From the NCBI RefSeq assembly GCF_000012285.1, contig NC_007181.1, positions 420,001 through 452,000 on the forward strand: a DNA stretch of 32,000 nt. The letters are read 5' to 3'. Below the pieces are notes generated by a model. The model had not been told where the DNA came from. It was given only the letters and a program-made list of their open reading frames with translations, and did not search any database. The translations under genes and the position numbers were made by a program. The number at the start of each line of letters is the position of its first letter. Position 1 is the first letter of the stretch. This DNA comes from Sulfolobus acidocaldarius DSM 639. Its GTDB lineage: Archaea; Thermoproteota; Thermoprotei_A; Sulfolobales; Sulfolobaceae. Shown here in pieces: positions 8,113-16,288 of this stretch.

Positions 8113-9474
8113 TTAGTAACCTTGTTTTATCCTAAGTGTTTGTGTTAACTTGTTAAGATCAAATGAAACATCAGCGTCACAGTTCTTAAATGATTTAGCA
8201 AACACTCCGTAGTACTCGTTCTTTTTCCCTTCTTGATTCAATTTACTAATGATTCTTCTCATCTTATTAATCAGTGGCTTACAGTCCACATTATCTGACC
8301 ATTTTACTTCTGCCATAAACAAGACGTCTTTCCCCTCAGCTATTATGTCGACTTCCTCTCCCTTATGCAGATACTTGCTTACATATTCATATTTAAATGG
8401 TAAAGGTATTGTCTTATTTCTTATTAACTCCCTTATCAGCTTTTCAAACTTTGAAGAGAAATACTGTTCTAAGTTGACCCTATTCATCACCTCTTCAACC
8501 CTATCGATCTCAAGGTCGCTGACATTCTCATATACAAATCTAAACCAGAAGTCAAAGAAGTTATCCTTAATTTCCCACCAACCTCTCTTCATCCCATACG
8601 GTATAACCCTTTCTACAATCTCATTCTCCTCTAACCTGTCTAAATAGCTTGTTAGATTACCCTTATCTAAACCCGTTACTTCTGATATTTTGCTCACTGT
8701 ATTATAACCTTGTGAAACAGCCCTTAATATGCTGAGGTAGACCCTTTGTTCCTTAAACTCCTCCCTGAGAAGATAAAGGGGTTCATCATATAGTACATTC
8801 CCCTTCTTCATTATCTTGAACTTTATATTTTCCTCTACACTGAGTCTAGGGTCAAGTTGAAGAATGTAAAATGGTATTCCGTCCACGGTACTCCAAATCT
8901 TTATCAGTTCTTCTATATCCTTATTACGGAAAAAACTTGAGAGGGATGGAAACGGTAACGCAGATAACTTCCAACTGCCCGTCCTTCTTCCATAGAGGGG
9001 CGATTTCGTAGATAACACCTCATTCTCCATCATCCCTACACTAGATCCTGTGATTAACAGGTAGATTTTAGTTGACCTTAACTTTTCGTCCCATGCCCTC
9101 TGTACTTGGGAAATTATGCTTCTGTCAGCCTCAATTAGGTATTGGAATTCGTCTATCGCCAGGATAACCTTCTTATCTCCAATTTCGTCCCCAAAGTAGA
9201 TTAACAAGTCGTCAAACAAGACGTTAAGTGATCTGAAGTAGTTTTTACCAGTAAAGCGAGCAAAGGTTTCTTTAAGTCTATTAACGTTATTTTGTATTCC
9301 ATCCGTCGTAGACAAATGATATATTGCTTCTTTATCTTTGATAAATTGCTTAACTAACTCAGTCTTCCCTATTCTCCTTCTTCCGTAAAGTATGATGAAT
9401 TGGGCTTTATCCTCATTGTATTTCTCTTCAAGAAACTCTAGCTCCCTTTCTCTGTCAATAAATTGTTGTATCAT
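8113..9474 (-). CDS. Archaeal-type ATPase with C-terminal DUF234 / PD-(D/E)xK-like domain
   Basis: 453 aa. Walker A LYGRRRIGKTELV and Walker B-like ILAIDEFQYL. A winged-helix-like middle region, and a C-terminal EVDIIAEG...LFMAEVKW nuclease-like motif typical of the Arch_ATPase+DUF234 family. Confidence 0.8.
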   Translation of the reverse strand: MIQQFIDRERELEFLEEKYNEDKAQFIILYGRRRIGKTELVKQFIKDKEAIYHLSTTDGIQNNVNRLKETFARFTGKNYFRSLNVLFDDLLIYFGDEIGDKKVILAIDEFQYLIEADRSIISQVQRAWDEKLRSTKIYLLITGSSVGMMENEVLSTKSPLYGRRTGSWKLSALPFPSLSSFFRNKDIEELIKIWSTVDGIPFYILQLDPRLSVEENIKFKIMKKGNVLYDEPLYLLREEFKEQRVYLSILRAVSQGYNTVSKISEVTGLDKGNLTSYLDRLEENEIVERVIPYGMKRGWWEIKDNFFDFWFRFVYENVSDLEIDRVEEVMNRVNLEQYFSSKFEKLIRELIRNKTIPLPFKYEYVSKYLHKGEEVDIIAEGKDVLFMAEVKWSDNVDCKPLINKMRRIISKLNQEGKKNEYYGVFAKSFKNCDADVSFDLNKLTQTLRIKQGY

Positions 9475-9777
9475 AAAAATTATAATTTAGATACAACTTT
9501 ATTAGCTTATATTTTGTGTTATAACTTCATAGAGGGCTCGCTAGATTGAATTTATTAAAACTACAACAACTTGCTGTGGGCTTTACGAGACTGATAGAGA
9601 AGGGAACCCAAATGCTAAAGAGGATTCTTGGAAGTAAAGATTTACGTGGGGAAATCTTAATTACTGAGAGAATTAATTGATGGTGTTGACATCCCTTAAA
9701 AATTCTAAAATTTATAAAACATAGCGATAATATAAGCTCAGGCAGCCGGGATATGCTAAGAAGATCTATACCTTTCC

Positions 9778-9836
9778 GAGCCCTGGCCCGGTTCAAATCC
9801 CGAACACTGCACTACTTTTACATGAATTGAAGGGAG
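9778..9836 (+). repeat. Degenerate second copy of the att (tRNA T-arm/acceptor) plus its downstream flank
   Basis: gagccctggcccggttcaaatcccgaacactgcaCTACTTTTACAtgAATTGAAgGGAG aligns with 7621-7680 aagcccgtgacccgggttcaaatcccggccgcggcaCTACTTTTACActAATTGAAaGAG. Confidence 0.6.
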
Positions 9837-10464
9837 TTCTCTTGCTATAGATTTTTACGTGAATAAAGGCTGAGGAAACTGTTAGTAACCCATATGTACT
9901 AGAGGTTAATAATGTAAAATGTAGAACTAATAAAGGAAAAGAAGAGAGAATTAGTAAAGAGGCCAGTAGAGTTACTAGGTTACCCACAACTCAATCAGAT
10001 CACTGATAGTGTGTAAACTGGTTTAACATCTATATACATCTTAATAACGTAGTGATAGTTTGGTTGAGGGTAAGGAAATAAACTCTATTTAAGTTTACTC
10101 ATCTCCATAAAATAATCCTCACCTAAAAACACTTATTTTTGACCTCAAAAAGGGAAAAATCAATTTATATTAAAGAAGCAAAATTGTTGTCAGCATATTT
10201 TACCTGGAATAAGAATAAATATAAATCCTTTTTCAAACGACCGGTTGATTCAGTATTTGTTAATAAAAACGTAACGGAGACTAAGAAAGATCATGCTATG
10301 TGAAATTATAATATTTCTTACAACTAAAGAAGGAATCTCGAATGTATATATGACTTTATAACTGAAATAATTAGTAAAAACTACATAAAACCTCTTACCA
10401 CTTTCATCGACAAATTTCAAAAATGTATGTGAGGTGGTGGCGGGGATGTAATGTAGGGAAGCAT

Positions 10465-10538
10465 TAGCGGCGCCTGGATTTGAACCAGGGACCTCAGGGT
10501 TATGAGCCCTGCGGGATACCAGGCTTCCCTACGCCGCT
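10465..10538 (-). tRNA. Initiator tRNA-Met (CAU)
   Basis: Minus strand AGCGGCG-UA-GGGA-AGCCUGGUAU-CCCG-C-AGGGC-UCAUAAC... folds as a cloverleaf. It has an A1:U72 pair, three G:C pairs closing the anticodon stem (GGG/CCC), loop CUCAUAA, T-arm CCUGG-UUCAAAU-CCAGG and acceptor CGCCGCU plus A. No encoded CCA. Confidence 0.85.
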
Positions 10539-10669
10539 ATTTTACCCCGCCATTTTTGTAATTCAACTTAAATCTAATTAAAACTTTCTACCCATATTAC
10601 GTCACGTTAATTATAGGCGTAAGCAAGTAAAATTTAAATTATAAGATTTACAATACTAAATTGCCGCGT

Positions 10670-10742
<73 letters not shown>

Positions 10743-11011
10743 TTGTACTACATATTTTATATTCGTTCTCTTTAATATTACCTCGGTTAGACGGAAAGCT
10801 GAAAAACGAAGTAACGTAATGCATAGTTATCAAAACTTTATCATGGGATGCACTCAAGTTATTTTTGAGGAATTGATCAACATAACGAGATATATCGGCA
10901 GATTACTAACTGACTTTAAGAGCAAAATTACTTGACACATTTATTCTAACGTTCAGTATTACTGGATCGAGAAAAATAAGTCATTATAAACTACAACTTA
11001 GCTGAGATTAC

Positions 11012-11215
11012 AAAGTGAGGAAAACCTCTCCCTTCAAGGCGGGGATGGAAAAGGTTTTTGGGTCTAGAAGTCAATATTGGAGTTAGATGGGAGGGGTTGT
11101 ATGCACCTCTCGACTGCCCCTAAGGTGAGAGATGTAAGCCTGAATCAATGACGGAAACCGGTGAGCCACCAGGGGAAACATGACCTTTCAAAACGGTGAG
11201 GAAGTCAGTTTTTTC
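11012..11215 (+). ncRNA. Candidate structured non-coding RNA or decayed gene relic (unassigned GC-rich island)
   Basis: A ~200-nt GC-rich patch inside a 1.6-kb AT-rich region with no ORF. ATTATAAA box at 10984-10991, about 25 nt upstream. Run of six T at 11209-11214. Internal helices, for example CCCCU-AA-GGUG (11117-11127) with CACC-A-GGGG (11167-11175) followed by AAACA. GGUGAG occurs three times. Confidence 0.25.
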
Positions 11216-11630
11216 TACATAACCATAAGATTCAACTATACGTAACGTTTTCTCCCTCTTTTATAGTAGTGTACTTCCCAGACGGAATAGTGAGCTCTCC
11301 ACGAATCATATACAGTTAAAGTTCTAACCTCATCTTGTGTATTAAGAAGATTAGGCTTTTCTATATAGAGAAATATCTATGTGTAAAAATTTTGTAAGAA
11401 CACTGTTTATGCTCCTAAAGACTCACATGAAGCTCTGTCGAATAATGAAGTAGAGTTAAATGTGAAACTTTTATGAACGATAAGTGGACTTAGTGATTGG
11501 AAGCTAGTAAATAACAGAACCTTCCTGAGTAATTATTAAGTCACAAAGGAGTTTAGAATTTCAAAACTTGATCAAATCAAGAGGATTAAGGATGGTCGTC
11601 CCATTATAATAAGTGAATGGTCATCTGATG

Positions 11631-11930
11631 TTACTGAGATTTTCCTAGTAGTTTCAATATTTCTCTAGCTACTTTTTCTCCCTCCTCCGTAATTACTACT
11701 CTCATTCTTTTTCCACTAGGTGTAGGCATGTAGCTAATTTTCAAGTAGCCAGATTTATGCATAGCCTTCAAATGTTGATATAGCTCAGCCTTGTTAAGTC
11801 TAGTTGATTCTATTAAATCCTTAAACCACGCAGACTTAACGTAATACAATCCAAGTAGAATGCCTAGCCTGACAGAGACGTTAAGAGCCTTGTTGGACTT
11901 TATAAGATCTACCAACTTATCGAGCTCCAT
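11631..11930 (-). CDS. Winged-helix (ArsR/MarR-like) transcriptional regulator, last gene of the RiPP operon
   Basis: 99 aa. An HTH-like segment FKDLIESTRLNKAELYQHLKAMHKSGYL is followed by a wing (PTPSGKRMRVVITEEG). It starts 10 nt after the upstream gene's stop. Confidence 0.7.
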   Translation of the reverse strand: MELDKLVDLIKSNKALNVSVRLGILLGLYYVKSAWFKDLIESTRLNKAELYQHLKAMHKSGYLKISYMPTPSGKRMRVVITEEGEKVAREILKLLGKSQ

Positions 11931-11940
11931 TTAAAGCACC

Positions 11941-12504
11941 TTACTCTTTTATAAGTAAATTATAACATAGTGATACAATCGCCATTCCAAGAGCAGACAA
12001 AGGCATATAGGGTACTAATGCTAAGAGTACTCCTTCGACAAGGTACGAGACGGGCAGAAGCGTGTCTTTTCTCCTTATAGTCTTTAAGATAAACCATAGA
12101 TTAACTGACATAAACACTAAGTATGTCGCTACTAAAAAGAATGTTAAATATGACAGGATAGTAAAGTGCAACGATAGGTAAAATAGTAACAGTAAGACAG
12201 CATATCCGGCCAAGAGGAAAGTTCTAATAAAGATGCGGTCTCTAGCAGACCAAAAGATTTTATCGCTAATGTATGCCTGCCTTAACATTCTATAGGATAA
12301 TGCCAAATAGATACCAGAGAAAAGCAAAAGTAATGTATTTAACAGTAATAGAGGTTCAGTCTTAACTATACTGTATACTATAAAGCCTGATAGGCTAGAT
12401 ATTCCTATAAAATTCAATATTCGTTTACTAGACATATATAAATAATAATAGACAATATTTCTTGCAATATTCAATGATTCCTCTACGTCTATTTCCTTTC
12501 TCAT
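11941..12504 (-). CDS. Polytopic membrane protein (about 5 TM), candidate immunity/export accessory
   Basis: 187-aa hydrophobic ORF. It has an ATGA-type 4-nt overlap with the dehydrogenase gene, implying co-translation. Confidence 0.7.
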   Translation of the reverse strand: MRKEIDVEESLNIARNIVYYYLYMSSKRILNFIGISSLSGFIVYSIVKTEPLLLLNTLLLLFSGIYLALSYRMLRQAYISDKIFWSARDRIFIRTFLLAGYAVLLLLFYLSLHFTILSYLTFFLVATYLVFMSVNLWFILKTIRRKDTLLPVSYLVEGVLLALVPYMPLSALGMAIVSLCYNLLIKE

Positions 12505-13202
12505 TCCTCTCCCACTACCAACATTCCTATAACTACCTCTCCTTTTTCCATTCCTACTCCTATCAGTTTATTAAAGAAATCGTCATTAAAACCTCCAATC
12601 GCAGATATTCCCAAACCTAGTGCAGTAGCTACTAGGTAAAAGTTTTCTATCACTATTCCGGTGTCAATCAGGGAAAATCTGGCTCCTCTATTTCCATATT
12701 TAACCATCGGCTTCCAGTATAAGCTAGTAAGGAGTATTATTAGCGGAACAAAGGTTATGTCAGGCAGTGAGTTCTTTATAGCTTGTAGCATTAGCTCTTC
12801 ATCCAAGTCATTGCTGAGGACGTCTAGGGATCCTTCCACAGGGTCATAGTGATATACACCTTTCTCTAAGTCTGTGTAGAGCGAGATCAAGTACACCTCA
12901 GTTTCTGCCAGATTGCCAGCAGATGGGAACATTCTAAACTGAATTCCGTTTTCTATTTCTTTCACCCCTACAGAATACCATAGTAAGCTGGATATCTTGT
13001 TGAGGTTTATCCTCTCCCTCCTAAATGCCCTACTAGAGTGTCTTCTCTTCATTACCTCTTGGAAACTAACATTGATTTCTATGGGAGTTGGAAGAGGTAT
13101 CTTTTTGACGTTGCCGTATTTCTTCGGTAACGAGTTAGGGAGTAAAGTAAAATTGAATATTTGAGTATCTAGATAAAACCTCTCAAAAGGATTCAAATTC
13201 AC
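12501..13202 (-). CDS. SagB-type FMN-dependent dehydrogenase (azoline oxidase, nitroreductase superfamily)
   Basis: 233 aa. Motifs RRHSSRAF, FPSAGNLAETEVYL and KYGNRGARFSLIDTG (Lys-Tyr motif), plus C-terminal GISAIGGFNDDFF. Sits directly downstream of the YcaO gene. Confidence 0.8.
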   Translation of the reverse strand: MNLNPFERFYLDTQIFNFTLLPNSLPKKYGNVKKIPLPTPIEINVSFQEVMKRRHSSRAFRRERINLNKISSLLWYSVGVKEIENGIQFRMFPSAGNLAETEVYLISLYTDLEKGVYHYDPVEGSLDVLSNDLDEELMLQAIKNSLPDITFVPLIILLTSLYWKPMVKYGNRGARFSLIDTGIVIENFYLVATALGLGISAIGGFNDDFFNKLIGVGMEKGEVVIGMLVVGEE

Positions 13203-13207
13203 ACCAC

Positions 13208-14521
13208 CTACGGAAATGGTACAGGCTCTTCCACAAAGAGTTCTACATTGCTTAGGTTGAACTCTTTCCTGATTGTATAATATCTTTTGTGACCTAAGAA
13301 GGGCAGATTAGGGATATGTGCTGGAGTGAGGTCGGGTACTATGACTCTAACTAGCTTACCCTCCCCTAAGTACTTCTCGATATCAAAATCCTTATAAATT
13401 ATATAGTAGTTTTTTCCTAGAATAATATCAATTAGACTTTTATAGGAAAGATTTTCTTCTCTCTCTAGTTCCTCATAAGTAATGGACTGTAGGCTTCTTA
13501 GGTACTCTACTAAGAAGTTTGTCTTGACAAAGCTGTAATAAAGAGGAACTAGACCAAAATCAGTTAAGTAGTCTGGTTTAAGGTTTCTCGCCATCTTAAT
13601 CTCCTCATCTGTTATCTTGCTAAATGATGATATAGACTGGTATACCTCAAATACTGCCTTTCTTATAGCCTCCTCTAGCGTTATGTCAGCCCCTGCGCCG
13701 GCTACGTAAAGGTCGTTAATGAAACCTAGGCAGCCGACCACGAATAAACCTTTGAACTCGCCCGGAAAAGAAAGGCAAGTTATGTTCCTATCTTCTAGCA
13801 CCTTTAACTTTCGCCTTATCCTCTCGGGCAATCTTATCCTCTTTGGAGGGATTCTAGATATCCAAGAAATGTTTATTGTATCCCTCTCAAGATACTCAAG
13901 TAGACCGTGGATAAAAGCGCTCTCGAAATCCTTATGAAATGCTAGACCCCCAGTCGTAGAGTAAGCTATAAGATCTTCACCAGGCCTTATCAAGTTAAGT
14001 AAATAAGTTATTTGGACGGGTATATATACGTCAGACCCTTTATAGTATTTGGCTCTTGTAAGACTGAGCATAACGTTCTCGTTATAATCTCTAAATATCA
14101 AAAGCTTCTGTAGTTGTTCTGTCGAGAAGAACTTGTAAGTTATTGGAAAGATTTCATACTTAGTCATGAGATCTCCTATTCTACCAAATATTATGCTTTC
14201 GTCGTCGAACAATGTAAAAGCCCCATAAAATCTTTCCAAGAATTCGCCTATTGCTCCTTCTAAACTCTCTTCTTCTGTGAACCCCTTACCTCCGGCTGGT
14301 ACAACATTACTTAGGTATTTTAATAGAGGTAAAACTTGAGGAGGAGTCAGCACTTCTATACTGCTCCTGATCCAACCCTGTCCTATATGAGATTCTAATA
14401 TATTATAATTTACGTAATTAAGCAATCTAGTGATAATAACGTTATCATACTTCTCAGCTACGTAACCGAAAACAGGGCCTATGAACTCGTTTATAAATTC
14501 TTCGAGGCGCACTTCGTGCAC
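13208..14521 (-). CDS. YcaO-family cyclodehydratase (TOMM 'D' protein)
   Basis: 437 aa. GKGFTEEESLEGAIGEFLERFYG matches the YcaO ATP/Mg-binding motif (GKG...S/A..E..ER). The C-terminus ...EEPVPFP* is a PxPxP motif characteristic of azoline-forming YcaOs. Confidence 0.85.
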   Translation of the reverse strand: MHEVRLEEFINEFIGPVFGYVAEKYDNVIITRLLNYVNYNILESHIGQGWIRSSIEVLTPPQVLPLLKYLSNVVPAGGKGFTEEESLEGAIGEFLERFYGAFTLFDDESIIFGRIGDLMTKYEIFPITYKFFSTEQLQKLLIFRDYNENVMLSLTRAKYYKGSDVYIPVQITYLLNLIRPGEDLIAYSTTGGLAFHKDFESAFIHGLLEYLERDTINISWISRIPPKRIRLPERIRRKLKVLEDRNITCLSFPGEFKGLFVVGCLGFINDLYVAGAGADITLEEAIRKAVFEVYQSISSFSKITDEEIKMARNLKPDYLTDFGLVPLYYSFVKTNFLVEYLRSLQSITYEELEREENLSYKSLIDIILGKNYYIIYKDFDIEKYLGEGKLVRVIVPDLTPAHIPNLPFLGHKRYYTIRKEFNLSNVELFVEEPVPFP

Positions 14522-15213
14522 CCTGGTATCTTTAGGGGTGTATTTAGGATCATCTCTCCCTCTTTCACGTCTATATAGATAAGTTTTCCGTTATAATTCC
14601 TAGAATTAAGAAGGAGTTTAATAAACCCCAACAACAGATTTTCAGCACTAACATCTAGATTTGAAGTAGTTTTATAGATAATTTCACCACCTAATTTTAC
14701 GTCCATAATTAGTTTGGAGTTCTTTAACCATACATAAATCTCATATAAGCATGGGGTCTTAGAGTCCATTACGTATACAAAGAACCTATAATAATCCATC
14801 GCATACCCTATCACTACCTTCTCAAACTTTCTACTCTTAAGTAGCGTCACAATTTCATCATTTTCGGATAATAAGTAGCTTATATTACTAGATATAACTG
14901 CTATCTTAGATTTGTCTTTGACTTCTTGAAATGATTTGATGACTCTAAAAGAGAACGGATCTAGGTTCTTAAAATTTAATGAATTTACTTTAAGGTAAAT
15001 TATTTCATCATCACTAAGGATAAGCCTTAATTCCTCCAGTTCGCCTTTTTCTTTCTCATCAATTTCTCCGCTTAAGAATTTAGCCCATTCAGCCTCTTCG
15101 AATTCAACTATCCCAGAAGCTTCTGAAAACAAAACATATTTATTACCGTCTCTAATTGTAACAAAAAACGGAGATATCTTATACGTCCCGGCTCTCTGCA
15201 TAGTCGACATCAC
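14491..15213 (-). CDS. Putative cyclodehydratase partner / precursor-recognition protein (RRE-like N-terminus, short E1-like remainder)
   Basis: 240 aa. The N-terminal FVTIRDGNKYVLFSEASGIVEFEEAEWAKFL resembles PqqD-type RiPP recognition elements. C-terminal PGCTKC. It lies between the precursor gene and ycaO, and its start overlaps the precursor stop (TGATG). The assignment is an inference. Confidence 0.5.
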   Translation of the reverse strand: MMSTMQRAGTYKISPFFVTIRDGNKYVLFSEASGIVEFEEAEWAKFLSGEIDEKEKGELEELRLILSDDEIIYLKVNSLNFKNLDPFSFRVIKSFQEVKDKSKIAVISSNISYLLSENDEIVTLLKSRKFEKVVIGYAMDYYRFFVYVMDSKTPCLYEIYVWLKNSKLIMDVKLGGEIIYKTTSNLDVSAENLLLGFIKLLLNSRNYNGKLIYIDVKEGEMILNTPLKIPGCTKCASKNL

Positions 15214-15341
15214 CCACTAACTCTACCACCACCCCCAAACCAACAACCAAACCAGCAGCCAAACCAACTAAATAACACCCTTCCTTCAGAATATGCCTGG
15301 TATATCAGGTTTGCTCTCCTCACAGTATAATAAGCTCTCAT
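15210..15341 (-). CDS. RiPP precursor peptide P1 (43 aa), not in ORF track
   Basis: Codon-by-codon translation: MRAYYTVRRANLIYQAYSEGRVLFSWFGCWFGCWFGGGGRVSG*. The core is three tandem 12-nt repeats (tggtttggctgc tggtttggttgt tggtttgggggt, 15231-15266). The stop overlaps the next gene's ATG. It is the first gene of the YcaO operon. Confidence 0.75.
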   Translation of the reverse strand: MRAYYTVRRANLIYQAYSEGRVLFSWFGCWFGCWFGGGGRVSG

Positions 15342-15459
15342 ACTACCATCCCCCGATATAAATTAGCTTAACTATACTATTAAATTGTAGATAAAGTTAA
15401 GGAGTTTTAACTATGTGATATATTTAAATTTCATTTCTTTTTGACTTATTAGACATGAC
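15342..15459. promoter_or_regulatory. Divergent A/T-rich promoter region between precursor genes P1 (minus) and P2 (plus)
   Basis: 118 nt. TATA-like TATATTTAAATTT (15419-15431) lies ~35 nt upstream of the P2 ATG. ATATAAATT (15356-15364) and TATTAAATTG (15379-15388) on the other strand lie upstream of P1. Confidence 0.4.
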
Positions 15460-15576
15460 ATGAAAGTCGAAATAGTACACAGGAAAGGAATTCTAACTAA
15501 GCAAGTCAATTCCTTAGCATGTTGGTTTGGATGCTGGTGTTGCTGTGGAATAAAAAGACCAGACAGTAATATGTAG
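15460..15576 (+). CDS. RiPP precursor-like peptide P2 (38 aa), not in ORF track
   Basis: My translation: MKVEIVHRKGILTKQVNSLACWFGCWCCCGIKRPDSNM*. It shares CWFGCW with P1 (tggtttggatgctgg versus tggtttggctgctgg) and is divergent from P1. Its 3' 63 nt overlap, antisense, the end of ORF 15514-16173. Confidence 0.5.
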   Translation: MKVEIVHRKGILTKQVNSLACWFGCWCCCGIKRPDSNM

Positions 15577-16173
15577 ACCGAACAGCACTATGGCGGTTTC
15601 ACATAAAATTTCGCTAAGAGAACCATTCTCTAGGGAGACCACAAAGTGCCAAAATATGTTTAACGAATCTCGAAAGATGTACGCTAGGATGTAGGGCACA
15701 ACAACCACAAGCGGATAGATCCCCGTTAGGAGCCAGGAATTTAGCCTATACTTAGTTAGTACAGCAGTCACTAGGTTGGAATATGAGGTCATTGACAAAG
15801 AGACGAATGCTGAGACAGCTAGAGTTGAATAGAGGTTAAGTTTGTAGTTCAAGAAATAGAAAATTATCATAGCTAGTACAATATATATTAGAGATGAGAT
15901 AATTCCTGCTAAATGTAAAATGAAAAGATATTTAGTTTTATTTAATTTACCGAACTTATTAAAGAAGATAATCCCAGTAGAATTATACATTAATACATAA
16001 CTCACCCCTGTGCTGATAATGGTTATAATTGTAAAGCAGGAGAAACCAAAGAGGTAGGATGGTATGTAAGCGTAACTTATCAGTCCAAACATGAGACCTC
16101 CTTCAATGATATTGTATAGGGCAGGCCTGCTCACGGTGAGTTGTTTAAGGAGATAAATGAAGATACTTTTCAT
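15514..16173 (-). CDS. Polytopic membrane protein (about 6 TM; ABC-2-permease-like or immunity protein)
   Basis: 219-aa strongly hydrophobic ORF upstream of P1 on the same strand. No catalytic motif recognised. Confidence 0.7.
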   Translation of the reverse strand: MKSIFIYLLKQLTVSRPALYNIIEGGLMFGLISYAYIPSYLFGFSCFTIITIISTGVSYVLMYNSTGIIFFNKFGKLNKTKYLFILHLAGIISSLIYIVLAMIIFYFLNYKLNLYSTLAVSAFVSLSMTSYSNLVTAVLTKYRLNSWLLTGIYPLVVVVPYILAYIFRDSLNIFWHFVVSLENGSLSEILCETAIVLFGLHITVWSFYSTATPASKPTC

Positions 16174-16288
16174 AGCAATTTTAGCATAATTTAAGCCTAA
16201 TAAACTAGTAGTGTGGTTAACAACTTTTAACTTTCTCGACCCCTTATAATCCTTAACGTCAGCAATTAAGTTAGGGGTAATAAATTAT

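Noticed and set aside
9527-9987. Two minus-strand ORFs (89 and 64 aa)
   Set aside because: The first starts inside the degenerate tRNA-like att copy. Both are low-complexity and motif-free, in a region that looks like decayed junction DNA. I could not align them with Int(C).
11012-11215. GC-rich island as RNase P RNA or SRP RNA
   Set aside because: Only superficial resemblance: GAGGAAAAC versus CR-I GAGGAAAGUCC, and ACGGAAACCGG versus ACAGAA.CCGG. The length is too short for Sulfolobales type-A RNase P, and no SRP helix-8 motifs are present. It is kept only as an unassigned candidate.
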